Shown in pieces: positions 8,684-19,234 of a DNA stretch of 64,000 nucleotides; position 1 is the stretch's first letter; each line of letters begins with the position of its first letter. A program made the translations under genes and the position numbers. Location of the stretch: contig JBBCAX010000121.1 in NCBI GenBank assembly GCA_051382335.1, forward strand, positions 20,683 through 84,682. Direction: 5' to 3'. The DNA comes from Deltaproteobacteria bacterium TL4 (GTDB lineage Bacteria > SAR324 > NAC60-12). The notes beneath the pieces were generated by a model. It worked only from the letters and a program-made list of their open reading frames with translations, ran no database searches and had not been told where the DNA came from.

Positions 8684-10030
8684 ATGTCCAACAAAGAACG
8701 TTTAGTGGTAATCGGTGGTGTTGCTGCCGGAATGAGTGGCGCGAGTAAAGCCAAAAGGTTGAATCCGGATTTGGAAATTGTGGTGTTCGAAAAATCAGGG
8801 AATGTTTCCTATGGCGCCTGTGGTTTGCCCTATTTTATCAAAGGAGACATTAAAAATATTAATGATTTGATTGTCAGGACTCCAGCACAATTTGCAAAAC
8901 AAGGCATTGAGGCGCATGTCCAGCACGAAGTCACACGCATTAATGTGGGAAATAAAACCGTCCATGTTACTAACTTAAAAAGTGGTGAAACCTTTGAGAT
9001 AGTTTGGGATAAACTCCTCATCACCACTGGCGGCAATGCCAAGCGACCGAATTTCCCCGGGATGGATCTGGACGGAATTTTTACGCTTCGAACCCCTGAA
9101 GACGCGCTTGAAATAAGTGCCTGGATTGAAAAAGAACAACCCCGTCACGCGGTGATTGTGGGAGGCGGTTATATTGGCTTGGAAATGACGGAAGCCTTGA
9201 AAGCGAAAGGCCTAAAAATCTCTTTGGTCGAACTGCTTCCGCATATTCCTCCCAACATGGATCAGGAAATTTCTGCTTTGGTACTCGAAGAACTCAAACG
9301 GCAGGAAATTGATGTTTATTTAAATACTCCGTTAAAAGCCTTCCAGGGAAAAACGCATGTTGAAACAGTCGTTGCCGGTGAAAACGAACTTCCCGCGGAG
9401 CTCGTGATTCTTTCGATAGGAATTCGTCCTGCCACGGCTCTGCTCAAAGGGACAGGTATCGCTGTTGGAAGCTCAGGCGCGATTGTGGTGGACGATCACC
9501 AACGAACAACCGTCGAAAATATATGGGCTGCCGGTGATGTTTCCGAAGCCCTGCACCTGGTGACAGGCAAGGCTGCCTGGATTCCCTTGGCAACCACAGC
9601 CAACAAGCAGGGAAAAGTCGCCGGTGAAAATATTGGCGGCGGTGATGCTCGTTTTGGCGGAATGCTTGGAACCGCGGTGGTCCAGGTTTTTGACCTGGAT
9701 GTCGCGAGGACGGGCTTAACCGAAAAAGAAGCGCAGAATTTGGGTCATAAGGTTCAAGCCACCATGATTAAAAGCACCACCCGTCCCCATTATATGCCGG
9801 GACACCAAGCCATTTGGGTGAAATTGCTTTATGAGCAGGAAAGCAAACGTCTTTTAGGGGGGCAAATGGTAGGGGGTGAAGGTGTGGCAAAACGGATTGA
9901 CATTCTGGCCACAGCCCTTCATGCGGGTTGGAACGTCAACCAATTAGCGGATCTGGACTTAAGCTATGCGCCTCCCTTTTCTCCAGTGTGGGATCCCATT
10001 TTAGTGGCGGCAACGCTTGCGGTGAAATAG
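8684..10030 (+). CDS. CoA-disulfide reductase / NADH oxidase family flavoprotein
   Basis: GGVAAGMS, SYGACGLPY (redox Cys), GGGYIGLE, WAAGD, YAPPFSPVWDP; GGGAGG RBS. Confidence 0.9.
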   Translation: MSNKERLVVIGGVAAGMSGASKAKRLNPDLEIVVFEKSGNVSYGACGLPYFIKGDIKNINDLIVRTPAQFAKQGIEAHVQHEVTRINVGNKTVHVTNLKSGETFEIVWDKLLITTGGNAKRPNFPGMDLDGIFTLRTPEDALEISAWIEKEQPRHAVIVGGGYIGLEMTEALKAKGLKISLVELLPHIPPNMDQEISALVLEELKRQEIDVYLNTPLKAFQGKTHVETVVAGENELPAELVILSIGIRPATALLKGTGIAVGSSGAIVVDDHQRTTVENIWAAGDVSEALHLVTGKAAWIPLATTANKQGKVAGENIGGGDARFGGMLGTAVVQVFDLDVARTGLTEKEAQNLGHKVQATMIKSTTRPHYMPGHQAIWVKLLYEQESKRLLGGQMVGGEGVAKRIDILATALHAGWNVNQLADLDLSYAPPFSPVWDPILVAATLAVK

Positions 10031-10086
10031 CGTTTTGCTCCCAAAGGACCAAAGTGTTCGCATCAGGTGAGCGAATTCCTCAGCGC

Positions 10087-11745
10087 TCAGAAGGCTGGAC
10101 ATTCGTTGTCGATGATCCAGTTGTAAGTTATGACCAACAAGGTGACGTCACCACTGTAAGTTCCATTAATGGGTTCCTGGAAAGCGCCCGCTTGTACAGA
10201 TTCATGGGTTTCCCAAGGTTTCATTTCAATATAGCCCAAGCCGAAGCCCAGGCTTTCTTTATCGTTGATCTTGATTTCGACACCCCCTCCGATTTCCAGA
10301 AGGGGACCGATTCCGGCCAAGGGGGAAACATATTTTTTTGAGGTCATTGCTGTGGTGTATTCGACACCGCCTTTGAGGATATATTTTTCATTGAGATGAT
10401 AGCGCCCTCCTGCGCGATAAGAGTGCGTGTCTTTAAATTTCAGGTCAAAACCCACTTTATCCGCGGAAAACCCAACCACCGTCATGGCATCACTGGGCTT
10501 GGTCAAGGTCACATCCATTCTATCCATGATTGAAAATCCTTCTTTCGCGTAGCCAATTTCCAACTCCAGCCTTGGATTGATTTCATCATCTTTATACCCC
10601 AGGGCGATGTCGAGATGGTCCGGAAATTTGAGGTTCAGAATGGCAGGTTGATCGACCAAAGTGAGTTTTAGCGGGGGAAGACCTGAGGCGTTCATTGCCG
10701 CGTCAATTCCGTAGAGGAGTCCTGAAGCAATCGGCGTCAATCCCATTTTTAAATCGCCATAAATGGTCACTTTTTGAGAAGTAATGTAATTGATAGCGTA
10801 AAACAGGTTATTAAAGTTGCCCATATAAGAAAGGTTTTTGGTTAGAGAAAAACCTTTGCTAAACCCATAGAACTCAATTTTATCCATGATCTTGATCGGT
10901 GTTGGCAGAGCCTTTCTCAAGATGTTGCTGATGGTATCTTCAATAAAGTCCAGTGTGAAGGGAAGGGGCGTAATTTCGGTAACCAGGTTTTTTACAAATT
11001 TTGAAACATCCTTAACCATATTGGGATTTTTCGCGTCGAGGATCACGCCATCTCTCCGGTATCTCGCATGGGCACTATGCGAGGTAAGCCCCAGACCAAA
11101 AGCATGATGAGGGCTCACCTTATAAGCCACATCTGCGTTTAATCCCGCGACCAATAAATCGATATTTTGTACCAAACTCCGACCTACCCAGTGATTATCC
11201 CAGGCAATGGGAGAGACAAAAGGGATTTTCAAGGAAAGCCCCAACCCGAATTTTTCGCCAACATTCGCATACTGAAACAAGGGACCCGGTAAAATCGTGG
11301 GCTTTGTTGCTTCTTTACGGAAAGTTTGTGTCCCACTGTGCGAAACCGTGGTATTGTTTCCATAGGAATAGGTCCGATCTTCTTCCCCATAATAATCTTC
11401 TTCAAGCGAGCCATCTCCGCCAAAGTAACCATTCCATCTTAAAGAAAAACGCGCCAAAAGCCCTGTAAAACTCATATGTTTCCCTGGAATTAAATACATC
11501 ATTCCCGCAGGATTATAGGCCACCGTTTCCGCGCTAAAAGGCATCGTTGATAGCGCGTTAGCCTGCATGACCTGACTTCCTGACAAAACCGTATAATTAA
11601 AACTGCCGTAACAGATTGGCGTGCCCAAAAAGCAATAAAGAAAGGCTAAATACAAAAACTTATGCCGGATTCTCACAAACAACTGAGCGAGGAATGTGGA
11701 AAAGGGGCGACTCAACATCGGTAACGTGATCGGGGGCATGATCAT
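10087..11745 (-). CDS. OmpP1/FadL-family outer-membrane long-chain fatty acid channel
   Basis: Signal-like N-terminus, AYNPAGM motif, alternating beta-strand pattern, DTHSYRAGGRY; exact start uncertain. Confidence 0.7.
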   Translation of the reverse strand: MIMPPITLPMLSRPFSTFLAQLFVRIRHKFLYLAFLYCFLGTPICYGSFNYTVLSGSQVMQANALSTMPFSAETVAYNPAGMMYLIPGKHMSFTGLLARFSLRWNGYFGGDGSLEEDYYGEEDRTYSYGNNTTVSHSGTQTFRKEATKPTILPGPLFQYANVGEKFGLGLSLKIPFVSPIAWDNHWVGRSLVQNIDLLVAGLNADVAYKVSPHHAFGLGLTSHSAHARYRRDGVILDAKNPNMVKDVSKFVKNLVTEITPLPFTLDFIEDTISNILRKALPTPIKIMDKIEFYGFSKGFSLTKNLSYMGNFNNLFYAINYITSQKVTIYGDLKMGLTPIASGLLYGIDAAMNASGLPPLKLTLVDQPAILNLKFPDHLDIALGYKDDEINPRLELEIGYAKEGFSIMDRMDVTLTKPSDAMTVVGFSADKVGFDLKFKDTHSYRAGGRYHLNEKYILKGGVEYTTAMTSKKYVSPLAGIGPLLEIGGGVEIKINDKESLGFGLGYIEMKPWETHESVQAGAFQEPINGTYSGDVTLLVITYNWIIDNECPAF

Positions 11746-12216
11746 TTCCTTGGTTAAATTGTTAAAGGGGACAGCGTTTAGAAATCAATCCCGCTCCGTT
11801 CTTAGTGTTTTTTGCCCCTTATTTATTGGCGTAAATAAAGAGCACAGAAGCTGTCGCAAAGATCTTGGCGAATCTACAAAGGAGAGACCTTCCAGGAACT
11901 CCTATGAACGTAGACAATTAGCGTGGCGACAAACAAGTCATAATTGCTGGTAATAAAGGAGAGGCCTTGTAATAATGAATGACGTAAGTCCCGACAATTC
12001 GAAAATGCGTAAGTCCTGGACGGGGCATTCCTCAAACTTGGCGGCATGAATATTTCAGCACCGCCTGCTCTCAGAAGATCTCTTTAGTCACGCTCCTTGA
12101 GGTTGGGCTTGATCTTTTTTCAGAAAATATCATAACTGAGACTCCAAAATTAATATACTGAGGTTAGGGTCCAGTACCCCTGAATCACCGATTGGATGAG
12201 GCTTGTTAAATTAGCC

Positions 12217-12376
12217 GGGGTTGGTCACATTTTCGGCCACAAATTGTAGGGGCGAACCTGTGTGTTCGCCCTGATCCCGGGCAGACACACAGGTCTGCCC
12301 CTACGGAACAAAACCCAAACCAGGTGGTAAATCAAAGACCGTTTTTTGACACATGGCCGAAAATGTGACCAACCCC
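12217..12376. mobile_element. MITE family A, complete copy (160 bp) with GTAG-REP doublet
   Basis: Perfect 23-bp TIR GGGGTTGGTCACATTTTCGGCCA; 8-bp TSD AATTAGCC at 12209-12216 and 12377-12384; internal GTAGGGGCGAACCTGTGTGTTCGCCC ... GGGCAGACACACAGGTCTGCCCCTAC. Confidence 0.93.
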
Positions 12377-12412
12377 AATTAGCCCACTAAAATATTTTTT
12401 AAAAGAGGAATT

Positions 12413-14272
12413 ATGAGTGATGACACCTCCATTACCTATAGTGTTGGAATTGACCTTGGTACCACTAATTGCTCCCTTGCTTATTTTGATCACACCCAAG
12501 AGGAACCGGAAACTTCACAAGTTTTTGAAATTCCACAAGTCATTGAGCAAAACATGGTTGCTCCACGCTCCTGTTTACCGTCCTTTATTTACTTACCGCC
12601 TGAAGCCGAGTTACGAGGTGGGATTTATCGATTGCCTTGGAAAGCCGAACCTCACTCCGTTGTAGGGGAACACGCCAGAGGACGTGGAGAACAAACCCCC
12701 CTCCGACTCATAAACTCCGCAAAATCCTGGCTTTCCACACAGGGCGAACAACACGCGAAGATTCTGCCTTTAGCGGCCCCGGACGATATCGAAAAAATAT
12801 CTCCTGTGGAAGCGTCTTCTCAATACTTGGAACATTTAAAACACGCTTGGGATGACGCGCATCCGGAAGCTCCTTTAGCAGAACAAGGCTTGATCATTAC
12901 CGTCCCCGCCTCCTTCGATGCGGTTGCACGTGATTTAACGTTAGAAGCGGCAAGGATGGCAGGACTGAACGGTGTGATTCTTTTGGAAGAGCCGATTGCC
13001 GCATTTTATGCGTGGCTCGCGGAGAATCCTCAATGGCGAGATCAAATCAACGTAGGGGATATTGTTCTGGTTTGCGATATTGGAGGCGGCACAACCGACT
13101 TTAGCCTGATTGCGGTTGATGAAGAAGGAGGCGAGTTGCGACTCTCGCGAATTGCCGTTGGAAATCACCTGCTTTTAGGGGGTGATAATATGGATCTGGC
13201 TCTCGCGCGAGTGGCGCAACTGCAGTTGGAAGCTGAAGGAAAAAAATTGGAACAACGTCAGTTCTTTGCTCTGGCTCATAGCTGTCGGAAAGCGAAAGAA
13301 CAGCTTTTGTCGGATTCCAAATGGGAGGAGGTTCCTGTGGTGGTTCCCGGACGAAGCAGCAAACTGCTGGGGGGAACCTTGCAGACGCGACTTAAGCGAA
13401 AAGATCTGTTAAGTACCTTGCTGGAAGGGTTTTTTAGCCCCTGTGAAATCAACGATCATCCCCAGGAAGTCAAACGAACCGGTTTGCGCACGATAGGTTT
13501 AAACTACGCGAGTGACCCTTCTGTCTTGAGACATCTTGCTCAATTTCTTTCCAATAGTGTCAGATTCATCACTGAGGAAAACCCCCTTGCCTCGGCCCTT
13601 AAAGGTAAATCGTTTATTCATCCAACCGCTATTTTGTTTAATGGAGGCGTTTCCCAGGCAGAGGCTTTCAAACAACGCGTTACCGAAGTCCTTGACCGTT
13701 GGTTGGAAGCCGAACACAGTCCCGCCTTAAAAACCTTAACACCGGCAGATCCTAATTTGGCGGTTTCCCTGGGCGCGGCCTATTACGGAAATGTTCTGAG
13801 GGGTTCTGGCATTCGTATCAAAAGCGCAACCGCTTTTTCCTATTATATTGGCGTGGAATCATCAATGCCCGCAATCCCAGGCCTGCCTCCTCTCCTGAAC
13901 GCGCTTTGTGTGGTGCCTGTGGGCATGGAAGAAGGAAGTAGTTTTGAAATTAGCGAAGCGGAATTTGGCTTGGTGGTTGGCAAAACTGTCGAATTTCGCT
14001 TTTTCATGTCAAGGGAGCGACCTGAAGACCCGATTGGAGCTATCGTGGAAGACGCCGAGCATTATCTGGTGGCACTTCCCTCTATTGAAACCACACTGTC
14101 CAGCACCGCGGAAAAACAAGTGCCCGGAGCGGCCTTACCTGTACGTTTGAGGATTGTCCTGTCGGAAGTTGGGGCCCTGGAGTTGTGGTGTGATACCCTG
14201 GACAAGTCCGAAAGTTGGAAACTTGAGTTTCAGCTTCGCGGTGAAGCCTTGAACTCAACTCAAAACGGGTAA
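12413..14272 (+). CDS. atypical Hsp70/DnaK-related protein
   Basis: VGIDLGTTN, ITVPASFD, EEPIAA, DIGGGTTD, LGGDNMD; no canonical DnaK substrate-binding domain or lid. Confidence 0.88.
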   Translation: MSDDTSITYSVGIDLGTTNCSLAYFDHTQEEPETSQVFEIPQVIEQNMVAPRSCLPSFIYLPPEAELRGGIYRLPWKAEPHSVVGEHARGRGEQTPLRLINSAKSWLSTQGEQHAKILPLAAPDDIEKISPVEASSQYLEHLKHAWDDAHPEAPLAEQGLIITVPASFDAVARDLTLEAARMAGLNGVILLEEPIAAFYAWLAENPQWRDQINVGDIVLVCDIGGGTTDFSLIAVDEEGGELRLSRIAVGNHLLLGGDNMDLALARVAQLQLEAEGKKLEQRQFFALAHSCRKAKEQLLSDSKWEEVPVVVPGRSSKLLGGTLQTRLKRKDLLSTLLEGFFSPCEINDHPQEVKRTGLRTIGLNYASDPSVLRHLAQFLSNSVRFITEENPLASALKGKSFIHPTAILFNGGVSQAEAFKQRVTEVLDRWLEAEHSPALKTLTPADPNLAVSLGAAYYGNVLRGSGIRIKSATAFSYYIGVESSMPAIPGLPPLLNALCVVPVGMEEGSSFEISEAEFGLVVGKTVEFRFFMSRERPEDPIGAIVEDAEHYLVALPSIETTLSSTAEKQVPGAALPVRLRIVLSEVGALELWCDTLDKSESWKLEFQLRGEALNSTQNG

Positions 14273-14369
14273 GCTTTTTCAAGTATAAAAAACTCTTTGC
14301 GTTTATCTGTGGTGGATTCATTGAGTTTCTTCAAATCCCGATCCCACTCAACCGTCAACTGGGGACACT

Positions 14370-15635
14370 ATGAAAAAAGCTGGTATTTGGTATCCTTACG
14401 CACAAATGAAAAACCTGGAATTGAATTACAAGGTGGAATCGGCGAAAGGGGTTTATTTACAATTGTCTAACGGACAACGTTTAATTGACGCCATCTCTTC
14501 ATGGTGGGCTGTTATTCATGGTTATGGCCATCCAGAGTTGGATCAAGCCGTCACAGAGCAATTAAAGCGTGTCGCTCATGTGATGCTTGGCGGACTGGTC
14601 AATGAGCCTGCTGAAAGGTTAGCTCAAAAGTTGGTTGAAATCACACCCCCTGGTTTGAATCATGTTTTTTTTGGAGATAGTGGCTCCGTGGGGGTGGAAA
14701 TCGCGCTGAAAATGGCGGTGCAATATTGGTTCAACCAGGGGGTTCCTCAAAAATCCAGGATGGTTGCTCTTCGTAAAGCCTATCATGGGGATACGACAGG
14801 GTGTATGTCGGTTTGTGATCCGGAAGATGGCATGCACGCGCTTTTTCAAGACATTCTGAGGAAACAGTTCTTTGTGGACGCGCCAAACTGTGCTCCTGAC
14901 GGTAAGACTGATGACGTGGAAGCGGATGTGCGAAAACTTGAAAGCCTGTTTCAAGCTCATCATCAGGAAATTGCGGGGTTCATTCTGGAACCGTTACTTC
15001 AGGCGGCAGGGGGGTTTAATATGTACTCTCCGGTTTATTTGAAAAAAGTTCGTGCCTTATGTGACAAATATCAAATACTGCTTTTATGCGACGAGGTTGC
15101 TACGGGTTTCGGACGGACCGGATCGTTGTTCGCGTCAAATCAAGCCGATATCACACCTGACATTATGATCTTGGGCAAAGGTTTGACCGCAGGCTATATG
15201 GGGCACTCTGCCACCCTGGCCACCGATAAAATTTTTGAAGCCTTTTATAGTGATCGTCCGGAACACGCGTTTATGCATGGCCCCACCTTTATGGGAAATC
15301 CTCTGGCGTGTGCTATTGCCTTGAAAAGTATTGAGGTGTTTCAGCGAGAAGATTACTTGAAGAAAATAAAGGTCATTGAAAACATCCTGAAAACACACCT
15401 CCTTTCCTTTCACTCTGAGAAAGTCAAAGCTATTCGCGTCTTAGGGGCAACAGGCGTGATCGAATTTTTTCATAAAAAGGATTTAAAAGGGGCTCAGGAT
15501 TTTGCCGCGAAACAGGGGGTTTGGCTTCGGCCATTCAACACTTATCTCTACACCATGCCGCCTTATATCATTTCAGAAGAAGAACTTTTGAAAGTTATCG
15601 AGGTAATGAAATTATGGGTACTCACTCAATATTGA
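14370..15635 (+). CDS. bioA: adenosylmethionine-8-amino-7-oxononanoate transaminase
   Basis: IWYPYAQM, DAISSWW, DSGSVGVEIALKMA, YHGDT, DEVATGFGRTG, HGPTFMGNP, YTMPPY. Confidence 0.95.
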   Translation: MKKAGIWYPYAQMKNLELNYKVESAKGVYLQLSNGQRLIDAISSWWAVIHGYGHPELDQAVTEQLKRVAHVMLGGLVNEPAERLAQKLVEITPPGLNHVFFGDSGSVGVEIALKMAVQYWFNQGVPQKSRMVALRKAYHGDTTGCMSVCDPEDGMHALFQDILRKQFFVDAPNCAPDGKTDDVEADVRKLESLFQAHHQEIAGFILEPLLQAAGGFNMYSPVYLKKVRALCDKYQILLLCDEVATGFGRTGSLFASNQADITPDIMILGKGLTAGYMGHSATLATDKIFEAFYSDRPEHAFMHGPTFMGNPLACAIALKSIEVFQREDYLKKIKVIENILKTHLLSFHSEKVKAIRVLGATGVIEFFHKKDLKGAQDFAAKQGVWLRPFNTYLYTMPPYIISEEELLKVIEVMKLWVLTQY

Positions 15636-15646
15636 AAGGAATGTAA

Positions 15647-16252
15647 ATGACGGACTTATTCAAAGAAAAAGCTAAAGATTGGGATGTCAGTGACACCTCC
15701 AAGACCCTGTCGTCAGCGATTGGCTCCTGCATATTGCAACATATTCCACTGCATCCTCAGATGCGTGTGATGGATTTCGGCGCGGGAACGGGGCTGATCA
15801 GTTTTCAAATAGCACCTTTCGTGAAAAAGATAGTTGCCGTAGACACGTCTGAAGCCATGTTGAGTATCCTTGTTTCCAAGCCGGAATTACAGGGCAAAGT
15901 GGAAATCGTCTGTCAAGATATTACAGAGACCCCCCTTGATGGAAAGTTTGACTTAATTGTGAGTGCGATGGCGATGCATCACGTCAAAGACACACCCAAG
16001 CTCATTCAAAGATTCGCTGAGCATTTAAATTCCGGGGCGTTGATCGCCTTAGCGGATCTCGATAAAGAGGATGGGAGTTTCCATCCCAAAGATATTCAAG
16101 GTGTCTTTCATTCAGGTTTCGAAAGAAAGGCCTTACAAAGCCTATTGGAAAAACAGGGTTTCGTGAAAATTCATTTTCTGACAGTGACGCATATTGCTAA
16201 CAAAGAGGGGCGGAACTATCCGATATTTCTGGTAACAGCTACCAAAGCTTAA
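15647..16252 (+). CDS. class I SAM-dependent methyltransferase
   Basis: MDFGAGTG motif I, FDLIVSAMAMHH, DLDKEDGSFH. Confidence 0.88.
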   Translation: MTDLFKEKAKDWDVSDTSKTLSSAIGSCILQHIPLHPQMRVMDFGAGTGLISFQIAPFVKKIVAVDTSEAMLSILVSKPELQGKVEIVCQDITETPLDGKFDLIVSAMAMHHVKDTPKLIQRFAEHLNSGALIALADLDKEDGSFHPKDIQGVFHSGFERKALQSLLEKQGFVKIHFLTVTHIANKEGRNYPIFLVTATKA

Positions 16253-16284
16253 TAGAAGCCATGAATACAGAAACTTTCTGTGAG

Positions 16285-16308
16285 AGGGAGGAGCCTCGGG
16301 CTCCCCCT
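16285..16308. terminator. GC-rich hairpin between convergent genes
   Basis: GGGAGGAGCCTCGGGCTCCCCCT; no long U tract. Confidence 0.35.
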
Positions 16309-16312
16309 GCTC

Positions 16313-19234
16313 TTAAGCCTGTTTTTTGATGAGAAATCTCGATAATTCGCCAATCCAAAGAACGACGGACGAAGTGAGTGTTATGAGCCCCCAGTCCGTT
16401 AGGGATAAAGGAATCGTTCGAAACATGCTTCCGCCCAACTGGACGATTAAGACCTGCCCCACAAAGATCACAGCGGCAATCAGCAGAAAGGCCTTATTTT
16501 CAAGAATTCCGGAAAAAGCGGAATGGTTTTGTCCCAAACACTTGGCATTAAACAGATTCCAAAATTGAAGCAGGACAAACAGGGTAAAAAACACAGACAA
16601 TTCATAATCATCGACCTGGCCATCTTTTTGGAAATAGAAGAGTAAGCCCACAAAAAAGACCAGAAATCCCAAGGCGGTGATCCCAATCTGTTTAGCCATG
16701 GTGAGCGTAATGATGAAATCGTCAGGGTTTCTGGGGGGGCGATCCATCACATTTTGGTGCGGAGGTTCCGTGGCCAAAGCCAGGGCCGCAAAGGTATCCA
16801 TAATGAGATTAACCCAAAGCATCTGAATTACCGTTAAAGGCAGTTTGACCCCAATAAAAGGCCCCATCAGCGCGATTCCCAAGGCGGCCACATTGATGGT
16901 TAACTGAAACAGCACAAAGCGTTGAATGTTTTCATAAAGGGAACGTCCCCACATCACCGCGTTCACAATACTGGCAAAGGAATCATCCAGCAGAATGATA
17001 TCACTGGCTTCCTTGGCGACAGCGGTTCCTGTTTTACCCATGGCCAAGCCCACATTCGCATGATTCAGGGCCGGAGCGTCATTGGTTCCATCTCCGGTAA
17101 CCGCCACAACGTGATTTTCTTGCTGAAGCAACCGAACCAAACGTAACTTGTCTAGCGGACGCGCTCGGGCCAGGACTTTCATTTTAAGTACCGCTTTTCG
17201 CGCTTGATTGTCATCCATGGCGCCAAATTCTGTGCCGGTCAAATAACATTCCGGAGGATCTTCAGGTTTTCCCAGGCCAATTTGACGGGCAATTTCTTTT
17301 GCGGTTTCCGCAATATCGCCTGTGACAATTTTGACCATAATTCCCGCATGTTGGCAAGATTGAATGGCTCCCGGCACTTCTGCCCGGACAGGATCCGCAA
17401 TCGCTACAAAGCCCAGCCAAACCAGATCATGAGCCACGGTTTCCAAGGTTTCGTCTTCAGGAGGAACCGCCTCATTTTTATAAGCAAACGCCAAAGTCCG
17501 CATTCCTCTGGATTGATAGTTTTTGAGCATCTGTAGCAAATCTTTTTGAAAGGCAGCAATCGGTTGAACCCCCTGGTCCGTCAAAATAGTGTCGCAGAGA
17601 TCCATGACGATTTCAGGCGCCCCTTTGATATGAAGTACGTTTTTTTGAAAGATTGAAGACTTCCCCAAGGTCCCCATGTACTTTCTTTCGGTAGAAAAAG
17701 TCCATTGTTGAAGAATGGAAAAACGGTTTCGGTGCTGTTCATAGTCAATACGTTGTTGTTCCAACCATAAGAGCAGAGAACCTTCTGTAGGATTGCCCAA
17801 GGCAAGAGTCGCTTCACCTTCTGTTCGGCTTAGATTAGCCGATGTGTTGCAACAAATCGCCTCACAAATGAGCTGTTCTGGTGGCGAAGAAGTTTCTGCG
17901 GTGAGGACTTGCTTCGAAAAACAGGGAAAATGCGTTTCATGCACTTGCATTTCATTTTGAGTTAAGGTTCCTGTTTTATCAGAACAAATAACGGTGGCGG
18001 CTCCAATGGTTTCACAAGCATGAAGGTGACGAACCAAATTATTTGAGGCCGTCATTTTACGCATACTGTAGGCCAGGCTCAGGGTGACGCTCATCGCCAG
18101 GCCTTCCGGAACCGCGACCACGATGATGGTTACAGAAATCATGAAGTATTTCAAAAACTCCGTACCTACGTGGGGCGGCAGCCAATCTTGAGGCACTGAA
18201 GGAACTAAGCCCAAACCATAACCTGCGGCTAGAGCTCCTATGAAAACGACTCCGCCTCCCAAAAGGCTTTTGAGCCATCCTTGCCAGGTATCATTCTCAA
18301 GCCAGGAAGGGGGTTGTGCCGATTTTCCCGCCAGCTCAACGCCATCATAAACGATGGGAAGCCACACACGGATAATAGCGAGCAAAATGCTGACTGTCAG
18401 AATGCCTGTAAACGTCCATTGTTGCAGGGTTAAAATCAATTCTCCCAGGAGTACTCCCTGAAAGACCAAGGCCACGTAGATCAACGCCGCTACAGAAAAT
18501 CCAATCACTCCGATGATTTGGCTAAGTTTATTAAGTTGTTTATCCAGTGGAGTCGGTTCATCTGTCTCTTCTGAGGCAGCCCGGGCCGCCGTCCCGATCT
18601 CGGAAGCGTCCCCTACCGCCGTGACTTGGATCATGGCATGTCCATCTTTCACAATGGTACCCCGAAGGACTTTGTTTTGAGGATAGGCGGTTTCGTGACG
18701 GACAGAGGTTGAGATCTCTGAAACGGGCATTTTGTGAACCGGAAGCGATTCTCCCGTCAAACGGGACTCATCCACTTGCAGCGAAACGGCTTCCTGAACC
18801 TCTCCATCCCCAGGAATCTCCTCACCAGCCTCAATCAGCAATAGGTCCGCAACCACCAGATCTTTGCGGGGGATGTTCAGGTAACGTGCCTCCCTGATCA
18901 CCTTAATGGGAACTTCATCATTGACTTGATTCAAAATATCAAACTCGCGGCCGGCTTTGAATTCATTTAAAAACGCCAACGCTGTCGCCAACGCAATGGC
19001 AACCACGATCCCCAAGCCCTCCACGTAATGTCCATCAAGGATTCCAACACCAATCGCCATGAAGGCGGCAATCAATAAAATGCGGATTACCGGATCATCA
19101 AATTTTTCCAAATACAACTTCCACCAGGGTTCCCGTTCGGGTGGCGTTAATACATTAGCGCCATGTTTTTGACGACTGGCCTCTACCTCAACTGGGGAGA
19201 GTCCTTGATGGTTCTTGACTGTCTGTGGATTCAT
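16313..19234 (-). CDS. calcium-translocating P-type ATPase, PMCA (P2B) type
   Basis: LTGES, VAVPEGL, CETIG...CSDKTGTLTQN, KGAPE, GDGTNDAPAL, QMLWVNLIMDTFAALALATEPP. Confidence 0.95.
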   Translation of the reverse strand: MNPQTVKNHQGLSPVEVEASRQKHGANVLTPPEREPWWKLYLEKFDDPVIRILLIAAFMAIGVGILDGHYVEGLGIVVAIALATALAFLNEFKAGREFDILNQVNDEVPIKVIREARYLNIPRKDLVVADLLLIEAGEEIPGDGEVQEAVSLQVDESRLTGESLPVHKMPVSEISTSVRHETAYPQNKVLRGTIVKDGHAMIQVTAVGDASEIGTAARAASEETDEPTPLDKQLNKLSQIIGVIGFSVAALIYVALVFQGVLLGELILTLQQWTFTGILTVSILLAIIRVWLPIVYDGVELAGKSAQPPSWLENDTWQGWLKSLLGGGVVFIGALAAGYGLGLVPSVPQDWLPPHVGTEFLKYFMISVTIIVVAVPEGLAMSVTLSLAYSMRKMTASNNLVRHLHACETIGAATVICSDKTGTLTQNEMQVHETHFPCFSKQVLTAETSSPPEQLICEAICCNTSANLSRTEGEATLALGNPTEGSLLLWLEQQRIDYEQHRNRFSILQQWTFSTERKYMGTLGKSSIFQKNVLHIKGAPEIVMDLCDTILTDQGVQPIAAFQKDLLQMLKNYQSRGMRTLAFAYKNEAVPPEDETLETVAHDLVWLGFVAIADPVRAEVPGAIQSCQHAGIMVKIVTGDIAETAKEIARQIGLGKPEDPPECYLTGTEFGAMDDNQARKAVLKMKVLARARPLDKLRLVRLLQQENHVVAVTGDGTNDAPALNHANVGLAMGKTGTAVAKEASDIILLDDSFASIVNAVMWGRSLYENIQRFVLFQLTINVAALGIALMGPFIGVKLPLTVIQMLWVNLIMDTFAALALATEPPHQNVMDRPPRNPDDFIITLTMAKQIGITALGFLVFFVGLLFYFQKDGQVDDYELSVFFTLFVLLQFWNLFNAKCLGQNHSAFSGILENKAFLLIAAVIFVGQVLIVQLGGSMFRTIPLSLTDWGLITLTSSVVLWIGELSRFLIKKQA

